DNA of 64,000 nucleotides from a virus. Within the stretch, counting starts at the first letter, position 1. Each line of letters begins with the position of its first letter. Under the pieces are notes generated by a model. The model did not search any database. It worked only from the letters and a program-made list of their open reading frames with translations, and was not told the origin of the DNA. The position numbers and the translations under genes are program-made. Location: positions 92,638 through 156,637 of IMG/VR virus record IMGVR_UViG_3300021091_000014, one strand, 5' to 3'. Shown in pieces: positions 36,591-45,057 of the stretch.

Positions 36591-36977
36591 ATGTTAGGTA
36601 AAATGTATTTGGCTCGTTTCACCAATAAAGAAACAAAAGAAATAGATTTTTATAAATTTGGACACACCTCTTCGTGGGATGCTGCTGACAGATTTAAGTA
36701 TGAACCTGAACAATATAGTAAGTGGGAAATAAAAATTATGAAAACTATCGCTGGCCCACTAGATGAAATGAAGGGTATTGAAGAGGCATTTAAAGCATTC
36801 TATCCAAAAAATTTATGGGTAGAGGAAAAGATTAGCGGGGTTACAGAAATTGTAACCCTCTCTAGGGAACAGGTAAACGAAATAATTAACAAAATGGAAG
36901 TTCTTGGTACAAAATACTACCAAAGACGAGAGCGTGACAGACAAAAAGCACAACAGGAATATAATCTCAATGGCTAA
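36591..36977 (+). CDS. Putative GIY-YIG/T5orf172-like nuclease-domain protein
   Basis: GKMYL...FYKFGHT...RF...E motif spacing; AGGAG RBS. Confidence 0.45.
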   Translation: MLGKMYLARFTNKETKEIDFYKFGHTSSWDAADRFKYEPEQYSKWEIKIMKTIAGPLDEMKGIEEAFKAFYPKNLWVEEKISGVTEIVTLSREQVNEIINKMEVLGTKYYQRRERDRQKAQQEYNLNG

Positions 36978-37776
36978 AATCGCACACGAAGCACCCATTT
37001 CAATCTTTAATGATGTACAAGCGCGCACAGACTATGATTATGCGCTTGTACATCTTTTTGAAGAAAGTGAACAATACTTTCAACTTTTTAAACAGGCACT
37101 TAATAATAAAAGAGAGGTTATTTTAGATAATTCTGTCTTTGAATTAGGTACCGCATTTGATTCAGAAAAATATGCTGAATGGATTGTTAGACTTAAACCA
37201 ACTTATTATATTATTCCAGACGTATTAAATGATGCAAATGGAACAATAAAAAATTATGATAACTGGGTAAAAAATTATAAAGATAGCGTGCCAGGCAAAA
37301 TGATTGCAGTCGCGCAAGGCAAAACTTATAATGAGTTTTTAGAATGCTATAACCATCTTACCAGCGGTGTTGATAAAATTGCTATTTCATTTGATAGCGA
37401 GTTTTATGATACATGGATTAGTCGCTTTAGTACAAAGCAACCTACAAAGTATCATGCCTGGGCTCTAGCAAGACAACTACTATTTGTTAAAATGGTAGAA
37501 ATGAAGCACATAAATGAGAGCATTCCCCATCATCTACTCGGTTGTGGAGTGCCCCAGGAATTTAGTGATTATAGAAATTACAAATTCATAGATTCTATTG
37601 ATACTTCTAATCCAGTGGTTGCTGGCTTAAAGGGACTGCGCTACAATAACGAACGAGGACTTGACGATAAGCCTAGCGAAAAACTTCATACAATGATTAA
37701 TTCAGAAGTAAGTATTGAGCAACTAGCAAACATTACTTATAATATTACCTGGTTCAGAAAGATCGTAAATGGCTAA
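36970..37776 (+). CDS. Divergent TGT-fold protein (DpdA-like deazaguanine transglycosylase)
   Basis: Likely start MAKIAHEAP; ILDNSxFE, IPDV, VAQG, HHLLG, SIDTS follow the TGT/DpdA barrel motifs; que-gene context. Confidence 0.65.
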   Translation: MAKIAHEAPISIFNDVQARTDYDYALVHLFEESEQYFQLFKQALNNKREVILDNSVFELGTAFDSEKYAEWIVRLKPTYYIIPDVLNDANGTIKNYDNWVKNYKDSVPGKMIAVAQGKTYNEFLECYNHLTSGVDKIAISFDSEFYDTWISRFSTKQPTKYHAWALARQLLFVKMVEMKHINESIPHHLLGCGVPQEFSDYRNYKFIDSIDTSNPVVAGLKGLRYNNERGLDDKPSEKLHTMINSEVSIEQLANITYNITWFRKIVNG

Positions 37777-38332
37777 AGGTGTATGGCTTGCACTCTTTAG
37801 TCAATCAGGGAGTGAAATTAATTTTCTTGCAAAAAACTTAAAAGTACAGCCCCTCATACTGACTAATAATATGAGATCGAGTTGGGTCACCGGTCTTAAA
37901 GTATGGCAACAAAAACCTCATAACGAATTAATGGAGTGGCTGCGAAAAGCTTATCCAGAAAACGAATATAGAAAAAATGTTCTTATTACTCTTCACGGGT
38001 ATATGAGAATTATCCCTCAAGATATTTGCGAACGCTATAACATCTATAACGGACATCCAGCCGCTATAGATTCATACCCTGAATTAAAAGGAAAAGATCC
38101 ACAGATTAGGACGTGGAATGAAAAAGAAAAATATTCTATAATTGGTAGTGTTGTACACAAGGTTGTACCAGAAGTTGATGAAGGAGAAATAGTTAGCTCT
38201 TCTTACTACACAAATAGAGTGGAATCTGAAATTGAAATGTTTGCAAAGCTTAGAGAATCATCACAAGAGTCTTGGCTTTGGTTCTTGAGGAAAAAATTAT
38301 GCGAATTGGAATTGCTGGAGCACAGTCAGTAG
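37769..38332 (+). CDS. Formyltransferase (PurN/Fmt N-terminal family), candidate preQ1 formyltransferase
   Basis: ALFSQSGS, LHGYMRII, NGHP, LKG, GSVVHKV...VDEGEI. Confidence 0.8.
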   Translation: MAKGVWLALFSQSGSEINFLAKNLKVQPLILTNNMRSSWVTGLKVWQQKPHNELMEWLRKAYPENEYRKNVLITLHGYMRIIPQDICERYNIYNGHPAAIDSYPELKGKDPQIRTWNEKEKYSIIGSVVHKVVPEVDEGEIVSSSYYTNRVESEIEMFAKLRESSQESWLWFLRKKLCELELLEHSQ

Positions 38333-38880
38333 GTAAAACTACTCTACTGAATGCATTGCGTTCGGAGAAGATGTTTAGAGACATGAGAGTGTGTAATGAA
38401 GTTACACGTAGGGTGATGAGTTACGGTTTGCCGATTAATGAACAGGGCAATGACGTTACTCAGAAACTAATTATGCAAGAACATATTGTTAACGTATTCA
38501 TGTATAATAATTTCATTACAGATCGTACTGCGCTTGATGGTGTGGTGTATACAAAATACTTGCATGAGATCGGTAAAGTGTCCGATGAGACTATGACATT
38601 TGCTACTGACGTATTTCTAAAACTTTACCCAAAGTATGACATAATGTTTTATATTGAACCTGAGTTTGAAATAAAAAATGATGGCATTAGAAGTGTAGAC
38701 TTAACATTTAGAAATAGAATTGTTCAAATATTTAATGAATATTTTGAGACTTATAAACTATCATCAGTACGTTTAAATGGGTCAGTGAGGGAAAGAGTAG
38801 AACAGGCTATTGAAGCATATAAAGAAAAAGAGAGACTAATAACATGGAAGGAGGAGTTGGATAGTGACTACGGACATTAA
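38299..38880 (+). CDS. P-loop nucleoside/nucleotide kinase-like protein
   Basis: GAQSVGKTT Walker A, ITDRTALD (dNK/TMK-like DR motif), DGIR lid. Confidence 0.75.
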   Translation: MRIGIAGAQSVGKTTLLNALRSEKMFRDMRVCNEVTRRVMSYGLPINEQGNDVTQKLIMQEHIVNVFMYNNFITDRTALDGVVYTKYLHEIGKVSDETMTFATDVFLKLYPKYDIMFYIEPEFEIKNDGIRSVDLTFRNRIVQIFNEYFETYKLSSVRLNGSVRERVEQAIEAYKEKERLITWKEELDSDYGH

Positions 38881-39796
38881 TCAAAAGCAATTAAATGAAT
38901 TAGTATCAGTACACCTAGGTAAGGCAGGTGATGGTACAGTAGTTAAGCCTTACGTTACTCCTGATAATGTAGATCCTTCTCTTCTTGTATCTGTACCAAG
39001 ACATCTTAATAGGACAGGCTACGGTATTGATGATAATAACTTACCATTCGTAGGTATGGACGCATGGAATGGTTATGAATTTTCTACCCTGCTTAAAAAT
39101 GGCTTTCCCGTTTCCGGGTGGATTAAGTTTACATGCCCATCCGACACACCTAACATTGTAGAATCAAAATCGGTAAAGTTGTATCTAAACTCTTACAATA
39201 TGGCTCGTCTAATTGAATCAACTGACGATATGTGGATTATTGAAGATAATATACAACGTGATCTTTCTAAAGCTGTAGGAGGGCATGCCGAAGTATTCAT
39301 TCGTTGGGGAGACATTGATACAGTAAAACCTATCATCGGTGACTTTATTTCTCTTGAGCATTACTGTAACATTCAAAAGATGACATTTGACAACTACAAT
39401 GAGTCTGCAGACATTCTCAAAGTAGTTCCATCTATTGGCAGATATGAAAGATGGCGTTCATATTCACTGCGTTCAAATTGCCGAGTAACTAATCAGCCAG
39501 ACTGGGGTGATGTATATGTTCATATTAAAGGTGATACGTCGGTTACTCCGGAATCGTTACTCCAGTATATTATATCAATGCGTAAAGAGAATCACTTTCA
39601 CGAAGAGATTTGTGAATGCATTTATAAACGTCTATGGGACTTATTACAACCCGAAGAACTATTCGTGGCATGCCTTTACACTCGGCGAGGAGGTATTGAT
39701 ATTAACCCAGTGCGAGCTTCGGATAGTAGAGTATTATGGAAGTACGGTATGATTGCCGATGTTCTACATTTTTGTACAAAGACTGCGAGACAATAA
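38864..39796 (+). CDS. queF: NADPH-dependent preQ0 reductase, two-domain type
   Basis: DxWNxYEFS, VESKSxKLYLNS, SNCRVTNQPDWG, FHEExCE, YTRRGGIDINPxR. Confidence 0.93.
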   Translation: MTTDINQKQLNELVSVHLGKAGDGTVVKPYVTPDNVDPSLLVSVPRHLNRTGYGIDDNNLPFVGMDAWNGYEFSTLLKNGFPVSGWIKFTCPSDTPNIVESKSVKLYLNSYNMARLIESTDDMWIIEDNIQRDLSKAVGGHAEVFIRWGDIDTVKPIIGDFISLEHYCNIQKMTFDNYNESADILKVVPSIGRYERWRSYSLRSNCRVTNQPDWGDVYVHIKGDTSVTPESLLQYIISMRKENHFHEEICECIYKRLWDLLQPEELFVACLYTRRGGIDINPVRASDSRVLWKYGMIADVLHFCTKTARQ

Positions 39797-40239
39797 TGAT
39801 TACAAAATATCCTTTTCCTACTGACGGCCCACCAAACAAAAGCCCAGACAATAACGTTAATCAAATTTGTGACGAATTTGTTAAACGTTCCCAACACGGC
39901 TTTACTAAGTACGGGGTAACTACAGAGCGCACAGATCTAGAATTTGATCAATGGCTACAGCATTTAAAAGAAGAAATGATGGATGCAGTGGTTTACCTTC
40001 ATCGAATTCAAAAAGAGCGCGCGCTTGACAGAATGACTCAAGTTAATGAGCAGTTTAATTTGTATAATGATACGAATATGAGTACAGTTACGGTGGGGGG
40101 AGATACTATAATTAGTACAGTAGACTATGGAGCTGGTATGCCGGCTGCTATGGAAATTGTTGATTTAAGTATGTTAGGCTCCGGCGATACAATTACTATA
40201 TCATTGGATAATAAAAATGAATCTAAAAAAGGCTCTTGA
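39796..40239 (+). CDS. MazG-like all-alpha (d)NTP pyrophosphohydrolase candidate
   Basis: RSxxGxxKYGxT...WLxHLxEExxDAxxY (EExxD metal motif); ATG overlaps the queF stop. Confidence 0.55.
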   Translation: MITKYPFPTDGPPNKSPDNNVNQICDEFVKRSQHGFTKYGVTTERTDLEFDQWLQHLKEEMMDAVVYLHRIQKERALDRMTQVNEQFNLYNDTNMSTVTVGGDTIISTVDYGAGMPAAMEIVDLSMLGSGDTITISLDNKNESKKGS

Positions 40240-40969
40240 TTTTTTACCTAGTACAGATAAAAATGTTTTAGTAGTTTTGTCTGGGGGAATGGACTCTTCC
40301 ATTCTCACTATGATATTGACAGCAAAGTATGGAAGTAAAAAAGTAAAAGCTCTTTCGTATGATTATGGTCAAAAGCAAAAGAGAGAATTAACTAAGGCTA
40401 AAGAGCTCTGTTCTATATTAGAAGTAGATCATAAAGTATTAGATTTAAATATACTAGGAGAGATAGCTAGACCTATTTCTGCAAACATTGGCGGCAGTGA
40501 TGTTGTAATGCCTACAATAAAAGATGTACTTGGCGACCCTCAACCTAAAACGTATGTTCCTTTTCGCAATTTAATACTATTATCACTTACTCTTGCCCAA
40601 GCGGAAGCTAGCATCGCAAGTCATGTATATACAGGATTGCAAGTACATGATGAATATGGTTATTGGGATACTACCCAGAAGTTTGTTGATAGTATAAATG
40701 TTGTTGCTGAGCAGAATCGCTCACATAAAGTCAAAGTGCTAGCACCATTTAGTCATTTGTCTAAATTTGATGAGTTGGAAATTTGTAAAGAGCTTAATTT
40801 AACAGAACTCCTTGCATATACTCTCACCTGTTACAATCCAGATAGTATTGGCAACTCTTGCGGTAAATGTCCTGCGTGTTCTGAACGCATTGCTAATTTT
40901 GCAAAAGCTGGTATGGTTGACCCAATACCCTATTCTATTAATATACCATGGGATAAAATTATAAAATGA
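40217..40969 (+). CDS. queC: 7-cyano-7-deazaguanine synthase
   Basis: LSGGMDS, YGQKQxxE, TYVPFRN, Zn motif TCY...CGKCPACxER. Confidence 0.95.
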   Translation: MNLKKALDFLPSTDKNVLVVLSGGMDSSILTMILTAKYGSKKVKALSYDYGQKQKRELTKAKELCSILEVDHKVLDLNILGEIARPISANIGGSDVVMPTIKDVLGDPQPKTYVPFRNLILLSLTLAQAEASIASHVYTGLQVHDEYGYWDTTQKFVDSINVVAEQNRSHKVKVLAPFSHLSKFDELEICKELNLTELLAYTLTCYNPDSIGNSCGKCPACSERIANFAKAGMVDPIPYSINIPWDKIIK

Positions 40970-41478
40970 TTACAACTATTTACTTAGATATGGACGGAGT
41001 CATTTGTGACTTTGATGCCCTCTACAGTGAAACTTATGGACTAAACTGCAGAGACGATCCTAACGATGACCATTGGTTTGAGTTTGTGAATAACGATGGA
41101 TTCTATAACCTATCAACCACAAAAAACGCTGATAAACTTTTAGATAAGCTATTTTCTCTTGATGTTAATGTGGAGATTTTATCTTGTGTTGGAACTAAAA
41201 AGAATAAAAATCAAGTCCGTAGTCAAAAGATTAGATGGCTACATGCTCACGGTCTAGGACATTTACTAACTAATTTTACTTCTACCAAGCTAAACAAATC
41301 AAGGTACGCAAGTAATTCGAGCTTGCTTATAGATGATTCTGAAACATGCATTAATCCATTCAAAGAAAAAAATGGATATGGGATTTTACATATGAACGTA
41401 AAAGATACTATTAAACAAATTGATTACTTGACTGAGAAAGGTTTATTATGTGCGCTATCGTTGGTTCAAGAAACGTAG
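40966..41478 (+). CDS. HAD-family 5'(3')-deoxyribonucleotidase-like protein
   Basis: YLDMDGVICDF, ILS, KxxWL, LLIDD. Confidence 0.8.
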   Translation: MITTIYLDMDGVICDFDALYSETYGLNCRDDPNDDHWFEFVNNDGFYNLSTTKNADKLLDKLFSLDVNVEILSCVGTKKNKNQVRSQKIRWLHAHGLGHLLTNFTSTKLNKSRYASNSSLLIDDSETCINPFKEKNGYGILHMNVKDTIKQIDYLTEKGLLCALSLVQET

Positions 41479-42107
41479 AAAAATTAATAGAGCTAGTCAG
41501 GTTAAATTCCTATAGAGGCTTTCATTCATACTCCCTATCCGTATACAATTATTATAGTGGAATCTTAACTATTCATAAAAAAAGACTGGGCACTATTAAT
41601 TTAGATGGTTTTAGTTTAGCCCCTAATGAATATGCTATTGTTCATATTCAAGCTCCTACAACAGATGCTAGAACAGAGGATTTCATTCACCCTGCGGTTC
41701 TTAACATTGACTCACAGTCAGACTCTAATCCAGATTTAGCACTGTGGCACAATGGGATAATCAAGGCTGAGATAGTAAAAAACAACGTAGACAAATACCT
41801 CTCATCCTGGGATACAATGCAAATTTTGAGAGCACTAACTCAAGCTAATTCCTTTAAAGTATTGAATGAGTTCGATGGGACTTTTAGCTGCTTATTGTAT
41901 AACAGAGCTGATCTAAGTCTTAAATTGTTTAGAAATGAAATTTCCCCTATGTTCATTGATGATAATTTAAACATATCATCAACAAAGTTTGAAGGAAGTA
42001 GAGAGACGGTAGCAGATAATGTTATTAAGTTGAACTTTAAGAATAATTCTGTTATACTTGAGGATGAATTTAAAACTGTAGAGAACCCATATTATTTTGG
42101 AGATTAA
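41448..42107 (+). CDS. Stand-alone class II (Ntn) glutamine amidotransferase domain
   Basis: N-terminal MCAIVG (Cys2 nucleophile), YRG, HxQAPT, HP, WHNGII, WDT. Confidence 0.75.
   Translation: MCAIVGSRNVEKLIELVRLNSYRGFHSYSLSVYNYYSGILTIHKKRLGTINLDGFSLAPNEYAIVHIQAPTTDARTEDFIHPAVLNIDSQSDSNPDLALWHNGIIKAEIVKNNVDKYLSSWDTMQILRALTQANSFKVLNEFDGTFSCLLYNRADLSLKLFRNEISPMFIDDNLNISSTKFEGSRETVADNVIKLNFKNNSVILEDEFKTVENPYYFGD
42030..42058 (+). promoter_or_regulatory. Sigma70-like promoter inside the GATase gene
   Basis: TTGAAC-N17-TATACT with the same AGTTGA -35 as other early promoters. Confidence 0.4.
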
Positions 42108-42608
42108 ATGAAGCATATTTTAGGACCTAATTCACGAAGTACTCTATCAGCTGTCGAGGAAGGCGATAGTCAACCTAACGCCGTCGACCTTAGATTAGGT
42201 AAAGTATTTCGTATTCAACCAACAACTTTTGAGGTATCTAATGAACACAAACACCACAGAGGAACTTCAGAAGTTGTACCTAATGATAACGGATACTTTC
42301 ACCTGGAGCCTGGTCACTACGAAGTTGTCATGGAAAACATCATCAATGTTGGTGAAGGTGAAGCTGGTTGGGTTATTACTCGTAGTACTCTTAATCGCAA
42401 CGGCCTATTCCTTACTTCGGGTCTTTATGACTCTGGTTACCATGGCGTTATGGCCGGTGTACTTCACGTCACTGTGGGTCCGGCAAAAATTAAGAAAGGT
42501 ACTCGCATTGGACAGTACTTAAGTTTTAATGCTGAATCAATAGGTAAGTATAAAGGGTCGTATGGTATTGGTAAAGAACACGATAAAAAGTACGGAGTGC
42601 AAAAATGA
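42108..42608 (+). CDS. Trimeric dUTPase/dCTP deaminase family protein
   Basis: QPNAVDLRL, RSTLNRNG, GLYDSGYHG, GTRIGQ. Confidence 0.8.
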   Translation: MKHILGPNSRSTLSAVEEGDSQPNAVDLRLGKVFRIQPTTFEVSNEHKHHRGTSEVVPNDNGYFHLEPGHYEVVMENIINVGEGEAGWVITRSTLNRNGLFLTSGLYDSGYHGVMAGVLHVTVGPAKIKKGTRIGQYLSFNAESIGKYKGSYGIGKEHDKKYGVQK

Positions 42609-43456
42609 AAATTGAAATTGCTATTGAAGAACTTAGAAAGAAAAAGCTGTTTGTTGCCACTCCCATGTATGGCGGGCAGTGTGCAGGGATGTATACAAAG
42701 TCGATTGCTGATTTGTCTGCATTATGTGCAAAATACGGTATCCCTCTCCAACTATATTACCTGTTTAACGAATCATTAATTACTCGTGCACGTAACTACT
42801 GTGTAGATGAGTTCTTGAGATCTGAGGCAACCCATCTTATGTTTATCGATAGTGATATTGGTTTCAATCCTCAAGATATTTTAGCCTTACTAGCTCTTCA
42901 GACCGATGAGTCAGAATATGATGTTATCGCAGGCCCATATCCTAAAAAGTGTATCTCTTGGGAGAAGATCAAGCAAGCTGTTGATAAGGGAGTAGCTGAC
43001 GAAGACCCAGGCCAGTTAGAGCGTTACGTTGGTGACTATGTCTTTAATCCTAAGACCACACAGCGCGAGATTCCTCTTGGTGAGCCTGTCGAGGTACTTG
43101 AACTCGGTACTGGCTTTATGATGATTCGACGTAAGACATTTGAGATGTATGAAAAGGCTTATCCTGAGTTGCATTATAAGCCTGACCATGTACGTACTGA
43201 GCACTTTGACGGTAGTCGTGAAATTATGGCCTACTTTGACTGTATTATTGATCCAGATTCTAAACGCTATCTTTCTGAAGATTATAACTTCTGTTATCAT
43301 GTATCTAAGATGGGCGGTAAGAACTGGTTATGTCCTTGGATGAAACTGTCTCACGTTGGTAGTTATATCTTCGGTGGAAGCTTGATTGATTTAGCTACTA
43401 TCGGTGCAAGTGCTACCGCTGACGTGTCTAAAATTAAAAAAAGTCAAAAGAAATGA
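42605..43456 (+). CDS. GT-A-fold glycosyltransferase-like protein
   Basis: VATPMYGG, ESLITRARN, FIDSD (DxD), GTGFMMI, SEDYxFC, HVG. Confidence 0.65.
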   Translation: MKIEIAIEELRKKKLFVATPMYGGQCAGMYTKSIADLSALCAKYGIPLQLYYLFNESLITRARNYCVDEFLRSEATHLMFIDSDIGFNPQDILALLALQTDESEYDVIAGPYPKKCISWEKIKQAVDKGVADEDPGQLERYVGDYVFNPKTTQREIPLGEPVEVLELGTGFMMIRRKTFEMYEKAYPELHYKPDHVRTEHFDGSREIMAYFDCIIDPDSKRYLSEDYNFCYHVSKMGGKNWLCPWMKLSHVGSYIFGGSLIDLATIGASATADVSKIKKSQKK

Positions 43457-44112
43457 AATTTGAAGCAAGAACACTCCAGATACTAAAGAACTTTTCGGTT
43501 ATTAATCCTTCCCTACAGTTTAAGGAAGGAAGTATTCTGGCAACTGTTTCACCAAATAAGACCGTAATGGCAAAGGCGTTTATAAAGGAGAATATCCCAA
43601 GCACCTTTGCTATTTACGATCTATCTAAATTTTTGGGAGTCCTATCTTTATTTGATTCTCCTGAAATTGCTTTAGAGGACAAATACCTTATCATTAAAGA
43701 TAACAATAAACAGGTTCAGTACACCTATGCTGATCCCCGTAATATTGTCTTACCAGGTGATAAGGAGATTAAGTTACCAGAGTTAGAAATTAAATTTACT
43801 CTTTCAAGCGACACACTACAAAGCGTTTTAAAAGCAATGGGTGTACTTGGTCTTCCAGAGATTGCAGTAACAGGTGAAAACGGAGTGCTAAGTGTACAGG
43901 CCGTTAACGTTAAGAACCCTTCAAGTGACAATTTTAGTATTGATTTGGGACAAACACCCTTGACGTTTAAGATGATTTTTTTAGCAGAAAATATTAAAAT
44001 TATTCAAGATGATTATGACGTAAGCATTTCATCCAAGGGCATTGCCCATTTTAAAGGTAAAGATATTGAGTATTGGGTAGCTACTGAAAGCAGTTCAACA
44101 TTTAAAGGTTAA
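43453..44112 (+). CDS. gp45: Sliding clamp gp45
   Basis: TLxILKNFSxIN, FAIYDLxxFL, YWVATE. Confidence 0.93.
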   Translation: MKFEARTLQILKNFSVINPSLQFKEGSILATVSPNKTVMAKAFIKENIPSTFAIYDLSKFLGVLSLFDSPEIALEDKYLIIKDNNKQVQYTYADPRNIVLPGDKEIKLPELEIKFTLSSDTLQSVLKAMGVLGLPEIAVTGENGVLSVQAVNVKNPSSDNFSIDLGQTPLTFKMIFLAENIKIIQDDYDVSISSKGIAHFKGKDIEYWVATESSSTFKG

Positions 44113-44114
44113 TA

Positions 44115-45056
44115 ATGAATTTTGATAATGTATTGTGGGTGGAAAAGTATCGTCCGCGCACAATTAGTGAAACTATTTTACCTGATCATCTTAAAAGCAC
44201 ATTTCAAGAGTTTGTAAATAAAAAGGAGGTTCCAAACCTCCTTTTGTCTGGTAGAGCCGGTACCGGTAAGACTACTGTTGCTAAAGCTATGCTAGAAGAA
44301 CTTGGCTGCGATTATATCGTGATCAATGGTAGCCTTAACGGTAACATTGACACATTGAGAAATGATATCAAGTCATTTGCCTCTTCTGTATCATTGTCCG
44401 GAGGCCGTAAATATGTTATTCTTGATGAGGCCGATTACCTCAATCCTAACTCTACTCAACCAGCATTACGTAACTTCATTGAAGAGTTTAGCGTAAACTG
44501 CGGGTTTATACTCACGTGTAATTTTAAAAATCGTATTATCGATCCTTTACATTCAAGGTGCTCAGTTGTTGAGTTTAAAATTAATAAAGACGATAAACAA
44601 AAGCTTGCACTAGCATTTTTTAACCGAGTACAAGATATTTTAGGTAATGAAAAGATATATTACGATAAAAAAGTAGTTGCTGCTGTCATAAGCAAGTTTT
44701 TCCCAGATTACAGACGCACTCTTAACGAGTTGCAAAGGTATTCAGTAACAGGTAAAATTGATACCGGCATGCTTACTGACCATAAAGAGGAAACTCTTAA
44801 AGAGGTTATGGGGTATCTAAAGCTTAAAAACTTTACCAGTGTAAGAAAATGGGTTGGTGAAAATAGTGATGTAGATTCTTCATCATTCTTTAGAAGTATC
44901 TATGATGTAGCAGCAGACTATCTGAAACCATCTAGCATTCCTCAACTAGTTTTAATTTTAGCGGACTATCAGTATAAGGCTGCTTTTGTGGCTGATCATG
45001 AAATTAATATCACAGCATGCCTTACTGAACTCATGGTTGAATGTGAGTTTAAATAG
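44115..45056 (+). CDS. gp44: Clamp loader large subunit gp44
   Basis: LWVEKYRP, GTGKTT, ILDEAD, PLHSRC, DYRRxLNELQ. Confidence 0.96.
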   Translation: MNFDNVLWVEKYRPRTISETILPDHLKSTFQEFVNKKEVPNLLLSGRAGTGKTTVAKAMLEELGCDYIVINGSLNGNIDTLRNDIKSFASSVSLSGGRKYVILDEADYLNPNSTQPALRNFIEEFSVNCGFILTCNFKNRIIDPLHSRCSVVEFKINKDDKQKLALAFFNRVQDILGNEKIYYDKKVVAAVISKFFPDYRRTLNELQRYSVTGKIDTGMLTDHKEETLKEVMGYLKLKNFTSVRKWVGENSDVDSSSFFRSIYDVAADYLKPSSIPQLVLILADYQYKAAFVADHEINITACLTELMVECEFK

Positions 45057-45057
45057 T

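Noticed and set aside
36970-37776. Canonical tRNA-guanine transglycosylase for queuosine tRNA modification
   Set aside because: Too short and divergent, lacks the C-terminal CxCxxC zinc site, no queA/queG or tRNA genes seen; a DNA-modification role fits better but is unproven
37769-38332. purN as a purine-synthesis auxiliary gene
   Set aside because: No other pur genes in the window; it overlaps the DpdA-like and kinase genes inside the que island
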